Part shown: positions 28,510 to 38,600 of the stretch, piece after piece
Layout of the letters: the number at the start of each line of letters is the position of its first letter
Numbering within the stretch: the first letter of the stretch is position 1
Origin: Deltaproteobacteria bacterium GWA2_38_16
GTDB lineage: Bacteria > Bdellovibrionota > JACOXK01 > 2-02-FULL-40-11
NCBI GenBank assembly: GCA_001797335.1
Contig: MGPE01000002.1
Location: forward strand, 264,538-328,537
DNA length: 64,000 nucleotides
Direction: 5' to 3'
Program-made: the position numbers and the translations under genes
The notes under the pieces: generated by a model
What the model was told of the DNA's origin: nothing
Database searches by the model: none
What the model saw: the letters and a program-made list of their open reading frames with translations, nothing else

Positions 28510-29319
28510 ATGAATCAAAGTATTTTTGACTATAAAGATTATAAGGTCTATTTGGCTCATGTCTTTGCTGTCAAAGGACGAGGACAGCAGTCACGGCTTG
28601 CCCAAGCCATTCATTGCCAAACAGCTTATGTTTCGCAAGTACTTAACGGAAATGCTCATTTTAGTTTAGAGCAGGCTGAAAACATCAACCATTTTTTAGA
28701 TCATACCAAAGAAGAATCTCACTTTTTTTTACTTCTGATACAATTAGCTAGGGCAGGCACAGAAACACTAAAACAGTACTTTTTAGAACACGTGAATGAT
28801 ACCGTAAAAAAACATTTAATTTTAAAAAATAGACTCACTACAATAGAAACAGTTCCGAGAGAAAAACAGGTTTTTTATTACAGTAGCTGGATTTACGCCA
28901 CTATTCATGTAATGCTTTCTATTCCAGAATTTCAAACCAAAGAAGCAATTAGTAAATACCTGGGGCTTCCGCTTTCAAAAGTATCTGAAGTTTTAAATTT
29001 TCTTACTTCCATAGGACTAGCAAAGAAAGAAAATAATCATTTTAAAATTGGTAAAAAAAGAATTCACGTGGGGCATGATTCTCCCATAATCTTCCACCAT
29101 CACACCAATTGGCGCATGGCAGCTCTTAGATCGCTGGACCGGCCGGAAAACAATCATTCTTATGATTTACACTATTCTTCTGTTGTAACCCTCTCAAAAG
29201 AAGACATTTTAAAAATTAAATCCCACCTTATTAAAGAAATTACAGAAGTAAAAAACATCATTAAAAACTCTGAAGAAGAAGTTCTTTTTTCTTTTTGCTT
29301 GGATTTTTTTCAAATATAA
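28510..29319 (+). CDS. HTH-containing putative regulator (TIGR02147-like family)
   Basis: N-terminal YKDYKVYLAHVFAVKGRGQQSRLAQAIHCQTAYVSQVLNGNAHFSLEQAENI resembles the TIGR02147 family (known from Fibrobacter/Bdellovibrio paralog expansions) with an HTH; divergently transcribed from the pilus operon. Confidence 0.4.
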   Translation: MNQSIFDYKDYKVYLAHVFAVKGRGQQSRLAQAIHCQTAYVSQVLNGNAHFSLEQAENINHFLDHTKEESHFFLLLIQLARAGTETLKQYFLEHVNDTVKKHLILKNRLTTIETVPREKQVFYYSSWIYATIHVMLSIPEFQTKEAISKYLGLPLSKVSEVLNFLTSIGLAKKENNHFKIGKKRIHVGHDSPIIFHHHTNWRMAALRSLDRPENNHSYDLHYSSVVTLSKEDILKIKSHLIKEITEVKNIIKNSEEEVLFSFCLDFFQI

Positions 29320-29336
29320 AAAAATATTAGAATTCT

Positions 29337-31760
29337 TCAATGTAAGTCTCTGAAAGTTTCGAGATTTCGCATCGCTTGTCTTAATGCTTCTCTCATTTCT
29401 TGGGCGACTTCAAGACTACTGATACCATCTCTTCCCAAAACAATATAGGTAATATCACGTTCGATTTTTTGCGCTATTTTTTTTGAGGCTTCTGACCCTT
29501 CATAGTTAATAAAAAAACGCAAAAGCTCACTTAAATCATTTTCTTGTTGAGGGGTTAAGGTTTCGCTCCCCTTGAGTTTAGAGATAACATCTCTCACACT
29601 TTTTAGATATTCTTGTTCTTCTGCCTTATAGTGTTTGGCTGCAATCACTAAAGGATGTTGGCTTAAAATGACTCCTTGCTCTCTCACAATATCCGAGTGA
29701 GAAAGTCCTAGGCGTTTAATTTCTTCCGAGCTCATTTTAGGGGGGTATATATAAAGTGGGCGAAAGATAGGTTCGCCTTTAGGCTTAATGTCAATCACAA
29801 CTTCCTCCCCACTTCGACCCCATTTAAACCGATAGATGGTTCCATGTTCTGTAATTCCATATTTTGCCTTAGGAGGGGAAAACAAAGATTCTTCTATTTT
29901 TCTTATAGGATCAACTATGTTTTTAATTTTTCCGTGCTGAATGGCTTTAACATCTTGTAATTCTCTTCTTATACCTCCACCACTTGCCGACGTAAATAAA
30001 AGAGAACCCATTAAAGAAATCCTGGCATCGAAAATAGATTTTTCTTCTGTCTTTGCTTCTTTAAGATCACCTGTGAGATCCGCCAAAATCCGTGGAGTAG
30101 TATCATTTTTATAGTGATCTTTTAGTTCCGTTAAATTCATAAACTCCCGTCCTGTATTTAAGGATCCCAAAAGAAGAGCTGTGGAAGTCGCTGCCAAAGA
30201 CGCTCTTGCCGCCAAAAGCATGGCTGCTCCATCATACGTTATTCCAGCCGCTTTAAGTCCTACTTTTCCTATACCTGTGGTTAAGGTAGCAAGCCCCGCT
30301 ATGGCCATGGCGTGATTTAGTCTGTTATCCCATTTTTCTTTGCTTTCTGTGTCTTCTTGAATGCTTTTATAAGCTTCGCAAATCCATGAAACAGATTCAG
30401 CATCATTAAGCGCATGAAGGAAAACCCTTTGAGGATCATCCAATAAAAAAGACTTTAAAGCTTCGATGGAATCCCCTTTCTTCAGTTGCGAAAGTCTTCG
30501 AGCAAAGTTTTGAAATGCTTGAATCTCATCCCTTAAAGCTTCAGATAAATGAGTTTCATTAATCTGGGGAACAGATGTTTTTCTACTCCCATCTATCTCT
30601 CGAATCATTCCTCGCAGGGTTGGTGTAAAAAGAAGCGGTTCTTGGTTGATCTCTTGGCTAAACACATCTGGCAGAGAAGTGTTAAATTTTATTTTTAAAT
30701 ATTGAACAAATTGAGAGGTCAGAGAAGGAAAGCCGGGTTTTATGAATCCCCGATGGGGCAGCAAAATATCCAGATCCGGCCCTACTCCATCTTTAAACTC
30801 ATGTGCTGGGGCCTGGGTCAAATAGGTTTCAAATTCAGATGCACCTTCTTCTCCCAAACCTAATATCTGAAAGAAATGTTGAACTTGCCCTCTCAGATGA
30901 AAAAATGAATCTGAGTTTCGAACCGCCGCCAAATTTAAACGTTTTTCTTTTTCAGCTTTTTCTGCAGTAGAAAGCGCTTTTAGCCCCGATGTAATTTGGG
31001 GTAAAAGCGTATAAAATTGTTTATAATCTTTTGCTCCTTCAGCAAGAAAAATATCTTTAAACTCCGGGTAAACCTCCTGAAAAGGTTTTTCATAAGAAGT
31101 GTCGGCATATTTTGCCAACGCGTACAAAAAATCCTCTTTAACCACCCGATTGGCTTTGATTCGGTTTAAAGCCTTTTCAATCTCTTTTATCTTTTTTTCT
31201 CTATTTTTAGAAATGGATTGGGGGTTTTGAGAGAGCTTTTCTCCCACTTCTTGAGCAATCCTGTGAAGACGATCAGCAATATCCCGATCAATACCAAAAT
31301 GAGGAACAGTTAAATAGCCAAATAACTGTTCGATCATCTTTTGGCGTTCTTCTTTCTGAGACATATCTCCCAAAGGTTTGTTAAATGTCCCTTCCGTTAA
31401 AAGATACGTTCTTAAAAGATCCTCCATCGTTTCATTGGCTAGTTCTTTTATAAAAGCTCTTTGATTTTCAAATTTTTGAATATCTGAAATATTTGAAAGT
31501 TCTATACGTTTTTTTTCTCCACAGGATTCCTCAGAAGTTTTAAGTTTTAAATTTTGGTTTTGCCGACATTGAGCCAATTGGCGATTTAGATTCTTTAGTC
31601 CTTCAGAAAGCTCGTCTATTTGGCCATACATAGGCTGGCTATGCACCCGTCCCGTTGCACATAAAAAAAGCCCAATCATTATTAGTCTTTGAAAAATTTT
31701 GAGAAGAATTTTGGTATTCATCGTCCTATTACCTTTAAAAAGGAGCAAAGACCGTGCCAA
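29337..31760 (-). CDS. large secreted alpha-helical protein (807 aa), unknown function
   Basis: Signal peptide after internal Met (MNTKILLKIFQRLIMIGLFLCATGRVHSQ); KE-rich, predicted helical; a hydrophobic Ala/Gly/Thr-rich segment (AIAGLATLTTGIGKVGLKAAGITYDGAAMLLAARASLAATSTALLLGSL) suggests a membrane-inserting region. Confidence 0.4.
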   Translation of the reverse strand: MARSLLLFKGNRTMNTKILLKIFQRLIMIGLFLCATGRVHSQPMYGQIDELSEGLKNLNRQLAQCRQNQNLKLKTSEESCGEKKRIELSNISDIQKFENQRAFIKELANETMEDLLRTYLLTEGTFNKPLGDMSQKEERQKMIEQLFGYLTVPHFGIDRDIADRLHRIAQEVGEKLSQNPQSISKNREKKIKEIEKALNRIKANRVVKEDFLYALAKYADTSYEKPFQEVYPEFKDIFLAEGAKDYKQFYTLLPQITSGLKALSTAEKAEKEKRLNLAAVRNSDSFFHLRGQVQHFFQILGLGEEGASEFETYLTQAPAHEFKDGVGPDLDILLPHRGFIKPGFPSLTSQFVQYLKIKFNTSLPDVFSQEINQEPLLFTPTLRGMIREIDGSRKTSVPQINETHLSEALRDEIQAFQNFARRLSQLKKGDSIEALKSFLLDDPQRVFLHALNDAESVSWICEAYKSIQEDTESKEKWDNRLNHAMAIAGLATLTTGIGKVGLKAAGITYDGAAMLLAARASLAATSTALLLGSLNTGREFMNLTELKDHYKNDTTPRILADLTGDLKEAKTEEKSIFDARISLMGSLLFTSASGGGIRRELQDVKAIQHGKIKNIVDPIRKIEESLFSPPKAKYGITEHGTIYRFKWGRSGEEVVIDIKPKGEPIFRPLYIYPPKMSSEEIKRLGLSHSDIVREQGVILSQHPLVIAAKHYKAEEQEYLKSVRDVISKLKGSETLTPQQENDLSELLRFFINYEGSEASKKIAQKIERDITYIVLGRDGISSLEVAQEMREALRQAMRNLETFRDLH

Positions 31761-31949
31761 ACTAAAAAAGGGATGTTAAAAAAATACCTGTAAAATCAAT
31801 AACTTATAATTTTAAATATGAGAGTTGTATAAGAAATTTCTGGAAAGTATTAAAAAAATAAGCACTCGTCATCATCGTTTATTTAAGTATTTGTTTTTAC
31901 TTGCATTCTTTATGTCATAAACCCAAACACTGACCTGATTAGCTATTTT

Positions 31950-33128
31950 TTAGTTGGGGATCTTTATTTGAAATATATCATCTGTTAAATAATCAAAAAA
32001 AGCAGGAGGGGTTAGGTTGTTTTCTCGAATCGTTTCTATATAGGCCTGAATCAAGAGCTGATCTGAATACGTAGCGCGATTGGGGACATATAAGAGCTGA
32101 TGATACTCTCCTCGTCTGAGCGTATGTACGTATGCTTCATATTCCGCATAATAAGAAGACGCGTACAATACTGAAAGGTAGTTTTCAAAGAAAGAAGGTG
32201 AAATAGATCCAAAAAGCTTATCTAAAATTCCTCGATTTACTCCATTGATTTGGTCATCTACATATTGAGTAAAATCATTCCAACTTACTTTAGGATCTGT
32301 ATTTAAAAAATTAAATATTCTTTGAGCTTGGATCGCATGAATCATTTCATGATCAATTCGACTGAGCCATATATCCGCATCTTTAAAGAACGTTGGATCA
32401 ACACGAAGATATTTTAAACGCCTTAAAGCTGCAGGGGTTTTTTCATTGGGCTCTATCAGCTTAAGAACAATAGGCAGCGTATCATTAGATGGAAAATCCA
32501 AATATTCACGAGTCTTTTCTAAAAGCAAATCCCATTTTTTTCTATTTAATAAATATTGTATCTCAGCATATTTTTTGAATGTTTGATCTAAGACATAAAG
32601 CTTTTCTTCATTAAGTTCTTTTTTTATTAAAAGATCTACTAAAAGAGACGGCACTAATTGCGAAGGAATTTCATCATCAATGACGTGTTTGGAAATAAGA
32701 GTTCCTTTTTCATCTTTGATAAAAAGTCGATCAAAATATTTATACCGGTCATAATTGATTTCATCTACCAAGACATACTGGCGCTTGGGATAATAAAATA
32801 TGATTTCATCCCTTGAGCCACTAAAGTTTTTATCCCGACTTTCAACTTTGACATTTTTCATTCGTATCCACTCAATAGTATGGTCAATAATGCCATCAAA
32901 GTTTTCATCATATTCTTCTTTGATAGGCTCTTTTCTTAAAGATTCATAAATCCAGGCATCGTATTTACCATCAGAATTTCGATCTTTTTGAGTTAATGTG
33001 TAATGATAACGGCTGGAAATGAATGACTTAACTTCCTGGGATACTGCCAATGGAATATACAGCAGTGACAAAAAAGAGCCGCTAATAAGACTACTTATAA
33101 GGATAGTAAGCTTAAAACGTTTCATCAT
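31950..33128 (-). CDS. secreted protein (392 aa) with HExxH motif (candidate metallopeptidase-like)
   Basis: Signal peptide MMKRFKLTILISSLISGSFLSLLYIPLAVSQE; IDHEMIHAIQ (HExxH) at ~res 259. No third-ligand motif recognised, so the enzymatic call is weak. Confidence 0.35.
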   Translation of the reverse strand: MMKRFKLTILISSLISGSFLSLLYIPLAVSQEVKSFISSRYHYTLTQKDRNSDGKYDAWIYESLRKEPIKEEYDENFDGIIDHTIEWIRMKNVKVESRDKNFSGSRDEIIFYYPKRQYVLVDEINYDRYKYFDRLFIKDEKGTLISKHVIDDEIPSQLVPSLLVDLLIKKELNEEKLYVLDQTFKKYAEIQYLLNRKKWDLLLEKTREYLDFPSNDTLPIVLKLIEPNEKTPAALRRLKYLRVDPTFFKDADIWLSRIDHEMIHAIQAQRIFNFLNTDPKVSWNDFTQYVDDQINGVNRGILDKLFGSISPSFFENYLSVLYASSYYAEYEAYVHTLRRGEYHQLLYVPNRATYSDQLLIQAYIETIRENNLTPPAFFDYLTDDIFQIKIPN

Positions 33129-33176
33129 ATAAATGAAGTAGCAAAAGCTATGCCATAAAAACGTGCATTAGAAGGA

Positions 33177-33198
33177 GTGATTCAATCCGTCGAATCAC
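33177..33198 (+). promoter_or_regulatory. perfect 7-bp inverted repeat (candidate operator) in divergent promoter region, followed by an extended -10
   Basis: GTGATTC-n8-GAATCAC at 33177-33198; TGgTATAAT at 33225-33233 upstream of the lipoprotein gene at 33323. Confidence 0.3.
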
Positions 33199-33322
33199 AA
33201 TAAATTTGTACGTAGCCATTATCATGGTATAATTATTTATATTGAACGTTGGTAAAATTAGAATTTTCTAATCCTGAAGTACGAGAAATACCGGTCAGTA
33301 AAAATAAAAAAGGACGAAAGAA

Positions 33323-34258
33323 ATGTTTATAATACTCAAAAATATATTCATTGGGGGTGTCTTGATGGTTGTGGTGGTCTCTGGTTTTTGGAATTGTGCC
33401 CCTATGGGAGAAGAAGGCGAAAGCATATCACAAACTTCTTCATCTACTATTGGACAAGATACTACAGGTGGGCAAGGCACAGCTCCTTTGCCTCCTGCCC
33501 CTGTTGTTACCCCATCGCCTCCTTCATCTTCTCCTCCTCCTTCAGGCAGTGGAAGTAGTACAGGAGTATCCGCTACTTCTTTTACTATAGGTCAAGACCT
33601 GTCACTCCCATGCCTACCCAGTGGTTTAAGTGTACAAGGGCATGATTATGGAAATTTAAGCTGTGATAAAAATAGCTCTCAAGCCGTTATAGCAACAGTG
33701 GATATTAGTGAAAAAAAAGTATCAGTATCAGCAACAGTTTCTCAATCCATGTTAATAATTGACAAAATTAAACTTATTGGAGCGCCCGCACCGGAAGCAA
33801 ATTATAATAATGATGAACATCTCGAGAACAGAGGCAGCGGACTTAAGTGGTATTGGTACACAGCGGGTTCAGCCTATATGACGATGCTTCCGAAAGCTGT
33901 TTTAACGTTGTCTTCCCCTTCTTCCCCAAATATTATTGATTTAGGCTTTTTATCGTATGAGACTGAGACAAAAAATATGGGAGCAGGCGTTACGCAACAA
34001 ATCAGTAGTTATATATGGACACCCGCTCAACTTCCTTCCACATCAACGTTGAAAGAATTTTTACCAGAAGATCTTCATAATGCAAAACTAGAAATATTTT
34101 TTGGACGCCATCAGTGCTCATATGACTATCGAACAACTTTGGCAGGCGTCATAGGAACTTCAAAAGAAGCAGCCCTAAACAGTTGCCAAAGAGGCGAGGG
34201 TAATCGTATCTGGAATGATAAGGTTTTTCTGCTCCAATTAAAGACAAAAAATGAATAG
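33323..34258 (+). CDS. surface lipoprotein with Pro/Ser-rich linker (311 aa)
   Basis: Hydrophobic N-terminus ending FWNC (lipobox-like), then TAPLPPAPVVTPSPPSSSPPPSGSGSS linker; Cys-containing globular remainder. Confidence 0.4.
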   Translation: MFIILKNIFIGGVLMVVVVSGFWNCAPMGEEGESISQTSSSTIGQDTTGGQGTAPLPPAPVVTPSPPSSSPPPSGSGSSTGVSATSFTIGQDLSLPCLPSGLSVQGHDYGNLSCDKNSSQAVIATVDISEKKVSVSATVSQSMLIIDKIKLIGAPAPEANYNNDEHLENRGSGLKWYWYTAGSAYMTMLPKAVLTLSSPSSPNIIDLGFLSYETETKNMGAGVTQQISSYIWTPAQLPSTSTLKEFLPEDLHNAKLEIFFGRHQCSYDYRTTLAGVIGTSKEAALNSCQRGEGNRIWNDKVFLLQLKTKNE

Positions 34259-34261
34259 GAG

Positions 34262-35680
34262 ATGATGATGAAATTTTCTAATTCAATTTTAATAATCTTT
34301 AGTTTAATAAGCCTATCTATACTGATAAGCTGTAGTTCTTCTGAGGATGAGTCGCTCGAAAGTAGTTCTGCTCTTGTTCAAGAGGTTCCTTCTGTCAAAA
34401 TTTTAGATGCTCAACTGTCACAAACTCAACTGGGGGATCCTATTCGTGCGACTGTTAGAGTTTCTCACAGTCAAAATAAGACTGTTACCTTAAAATACAA
34501 AATTAAAAAGCCAGATAATTCTACAGGGGAATGGAAAACTCTAAACAGCCAAGCGGTGAGCAATCTTGAAACTGTATTTGACAATCAAGAAGTCATTCCT
34601 GCTAATGAAGTTAAGACTTTAGCATCGGGATTGTATACCGTTATATTTCAGGCACTAGATGCTGATAGCCTTTCTTCACCTGAAGTATCCCGCGAATTCG
34701 ACTTTTCTGCTGCTGCACCTTCCTCACCTTCTATTGAAATTACGAATGCTCTTCTGTCAGATATTTCATCGGGTTTTCCTATCAAAGCAACCGTCGCAAT
34801 TAAGGTTACTCAACTTTCAAGTATAAATGTTCCATTAAAGTATCGTATTATAAAAGATCCCAGTAATGTCGAAGTACTATCGTGGCAAACTCTAGCTACC
34901 CAAACGTGGTCATCTCAAGGGGGGAAAATCGTTAACAATTTTCAATTTTCATTTATCGATCAAGAAATTATTAATGATCAAAATTATCTTCGAAATGGAA
35001 CTCAACTTCAAGGAGGAGCATATCAAATTATATTTAAAGTAGTAGAGAGTATCCACAATCTTACCTCAACCGAAGCTCCATTATCATTTATACTGCCTTC
35101 TGTGGGTGCTTCTCCATCACCTCCGTGTGATTCTAAGTATGATGCAGACAAGGATGGCACGCCTGATGGCTGTGATCCTTGCACTGAATTATCAAAAATA
35201 CCCGGTCTAAAATATACAGTTAACATTATTGGAACTGGTACGTATAATCTGCCAAATGAAACCATTTTATTTTACCTTAACATTAATAAAAATAACCCTT
35301 CGCCTGCCTCAGGTGATGCATATACCTCACTGACTGGCTATGCTTTATCAACAAATAATAGTGGTTATCCCTGGAAAATTGGAACCCCAGAGATCCTGAA
35401 CCTAACATTTGCAACACCCTCTCAAAATAAATTTCAAGTGAATTGGGTTCGATCAGGGATAAATGAATGGCACAGTGATGGGATTAAAATTAGCGGCGGA
35501 TTTGATCCTTCATCATTACCGGCACTGGATCCTAAGGTACTACCGAAAAATGCGACGACAGGAATGGGCGAGTGGAGTTCTGATACAAATATAAAAACAG
35601 GTATTAGCATCCCACAATGTCTCAATTTATATGACCCCACACGCACTATTCCACCGAACACGTGGGTTGTGGCTCCATAA
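34262..35680 (+). CDS. surface lipoprotein (472 aa) with a C-terminal Ca-binding TSP3-like motif
   Basis: Lipobox LISC; two internal ~150-aa repeats (VKILDAQLSQTQLGDPIRATVRVS / IEITNALLSDISSGFPIKATVAIK); DADKDGTPDGCDPCTEL thrombospondin type-3-like motif. Confidence 0.45.
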   Translation: MMMKFSNSILIIFSLISLSILISCSSSEDESLESSSALVQEVPSVKILDAQLSQTQLGDPIRATVRVSHSQNKTVTLKYKIKKPDNSTGEWKTLNSQAVSNLETVFDNQEVIPANEVKTLASGLYTVIFQALDADSLSSPEVSREFDFSAAAPSSPSIEITNALLSDISSGFPIKATVAIKVTQLSSINVPLKYRIIKDPSNVEVLSWQTLATQTWSSQGGKIVNNFQFSFIDQEIINDQNYLRNGTQLQGGAYQIIFKVVESIHNLTSTEAPLSFILPSVGASPSPPCDSKYDADKDGTPDGCDPCTELSKIPGLKYTVNIIGTGTYNLPNETILFYLNINKNNPSPASGDAYTSLTGYALSTNNSGYPWKIGTPEILNLTFATPSQNKFQVNWVRSGINEWHSDGIKISGGFDPSSLPALDPKVLPKNATTGMGEWSSDTNIKTGISIPQCLNLYDPTRTIPPNTWVVAP

Positions 35681-35681
35681 T

Positions 35682-38600
35682 ATGCAAAAGAGATACATAG
35701 TTATTTTTGTTTCTATCTTCGCACTCAGTTGTGGTGGCGGTGGAGGAGGGGGCAGTGGAGGTGGCCAAGGCCAAGATACAACCCCCATTCTTTCCAATGA
35801 ACCCTCTCAAACGGTTGCAGAGACAATTCAAAGTACGTCTTATGATGATTTGGCAAAACATTTTCCACAAGATCATCAATCTATTTCTTCTGTAACGGAA
35901 CAGGATGCTTTTATTGAGAGTTATTTATCCCAAACACAGCAACAGCAACTCCTCAACGAAGATGAAAAAATAGCTTTAAAAGATAAACTTTTTTCTAAGC
36001 CACCCTCTTCTCTTTCTGATGTTCATATTGAAAAGATATGGGAAAATAATTTGTCAGATGGGACAAAAGACATTTTAAATAAAATCCCCGACACGCTTAA
36101 AACCATTGAAGCGCTTGATATGACGGATGCAACAACCTTAGAAAGCACATTAGAAAAGACAATGCCAAAATTTAGTGATGCTCAATTTAAGGAGCTGATT
36201 AAAGCCACTTCAGAGCTTATTAAAAACATTCATGTCAGTGAATTTTCATTAGATACCAATGGAGATGGGAGAATTGATCGATTTGATTTTATTAATTTTA
36301 TAAAGCCTGCATTTCAAGAAGAAATGACAGAACAAGATATTAAAGCGCAGTATTTATATTGGAGTTATTTTTTAAATATTGACGAATCTGTCTTTAAGAG
36401 TCGGATGTGGGGAAATTTAGATCCAATTCTTCCTCCAGAGGTGGGAATTCCCACAGATCAATATGCCAAAGACAAAAAAGCAAATATAGTTATTTTAGAT
36501 TTTAAAAATATGCTTGCATTGGAAAAAATAGAAATAGAGGAGGCAAAGACTTACGTGAAAGATATTTCTTTTTATCAACTTTCAGATGATCTTTTAACTG
36601 CCTTTAAAGATAATATTTATAAGCCCATCTTAAATGATTCAACACGCACAGATGAATTGGTTCATATAGATAAAGTGATCATAGCCTTTCCAAAAGACGA
36701 TTCTCAAAAACTAAAAATAAAAATTTTAACAAAAGAAACAACGCCTTTGGCATCCGCCCTCATTTTAACGCCTGGTTTTTATATTCAGCATGTGGCCACT
36801 CAAAACGATACTTTTTTACAATATTTTTGGATTAGATCTTTATATGCACAAGATCAAGATCTAGGACAAGATCAATTTTTTAAGGCCATGGATGAGATGA
36901 TGAATGAGGGAGGGGGCACAAGTGTTGAAGATACTTTTGTGAAATCATCTTCAATATCTTCGCAATCTGTGGCTGATTTAGTAGTTCAAGCTTTATCTCT
37001 CAGGTTAATAGCTCTTTCTCAAAATATGGAAGATGAATTCAACAATTTAAAACAACAGACATCAGGGATTTTACAAACATTTGAGGGGTGTCCTGAAATT
37101 TCTATGGACGATACGCTTTCTCCCCAGGCGTACTCACAGATGAACCAAAATGTATGTTCTTTTCAAAAATTATATGGGGCGGTAGATAAATTATCTGCCC
37201 GGTTAGCTGTATATCGTTCAGAAGTAGAGAGACAAATTGAAATCCTTGAACACAATGAAAAAGTTTTAAGTTATCTGTTTGCCCAGAGCTTTGATCCCGC
37301 AGTTTATGACGAAATAGATCAACGTTTAAACAAAGTTATCACCATGCATTTAATAGCTTTTGCTGCGGAAGTGGCTGGCCTTGCGATAACCATATTAAAA
37401 ACTGCAGCTCAAAAAACAGTTGGGATTGCCTTAAAAAGCGCTTTTGTTCAAAAGGCTATAGAAAAAAGTGTGGAACTTCTTTTAATCCAGGCCATCGATG
37501 CTCTTGAGCTCATCCATGATATGGCGATAAAGAAGATGAGTGCAAAAGCAGTAGTTAAAATAGAGAAAATTCTTAAGTTTTGTAAAAATTTATTAGAATG
37601 GGTTAGGGAAGGTAAAGTAGATACCTTTGTGCAAGGTTTTCAGCTGCTTTTAAGTTTCGGTCCAAATTTTATCAAAGATATCGTTACTGAGGAAAACGAT
37701 AAGTTTTTAAAGGAGCTTAATGATTCTTCCAATAAAACGGCATTAGAACTGGACCGAACCCGAAGACTTCTGAGGGGATATAAAGCCATTTTTAATAAAA
37801 TAGCACCCCTATATCAGGAGGCAAGAACACTGGTTTTTAATATAGAAAAGTCCTCTCCGACGGCTGTAATGTATGAGACAACATTCGGGTGCAAAGAAAA
37901 TTATACAAAAGAAGTAGAGGAATTAACAGGAGCATTTAAACGTGAAAAGGAAAATTTAGAAAATAGTTTTTTGCCTCTTAAAGATAAGGTTACCATAGCG
38001 TATCGGGAATTTAATTCTTTTAAACAAAAATGTGGTGACAAAAGACTGGATTATAGTCTTGCACATTTTAGAATGGAGCGCATTTGCGACAGTCTTCCCG
38101 ATTCAACAGATTGTACGGAAGAGCAGAATAAAGCCAAGGCTATTTTGGATGCTATGATGGGACAACAACAGTGTGGTAGTATAGATGCACCTGCTATTAA
38201 AGCGTTAACAGTGGCTAAAGATACGCTTCAAGATAAGAAAGATGCAGTCAGTCAAGCCATAGAAAGCCTTAAAAATAAACTCGATCAAGATATGGCCAAA
38301 AAAATAACTGAAAGAGAAAATTGTGAGGTCTTAATGAAAGACCCTCAGTGTCGTTTCAACTTTACCCAGGCTATGAATTTTGATCTCATTAACCTTTCAG
38401 AAATCATGTATGACAATGTCGTTGAAGCAAAAACGAGTGTTGGCGGTGTGGCTATTGCCTGCGTAGAGGAGGAGGAATGCACAATTTCGAGTGTTGGCAC
38501 GGAAAGTGGAAGTAATAATAATACGCAAACTTTTTTAAGTGATTTTATGGATGATGAGAGCGCAGGAACTTCAACAGCGGTGGTGGATACCGATGGGGAT

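Noticed and set aside
33295-33590. ORFs 33295..33480 (-) and 33369..33590 (+) overlapping the first lipoprotein gene
   Set aside because: Low-complexity translations of the Pro/Ser linker-coding region in other frames.
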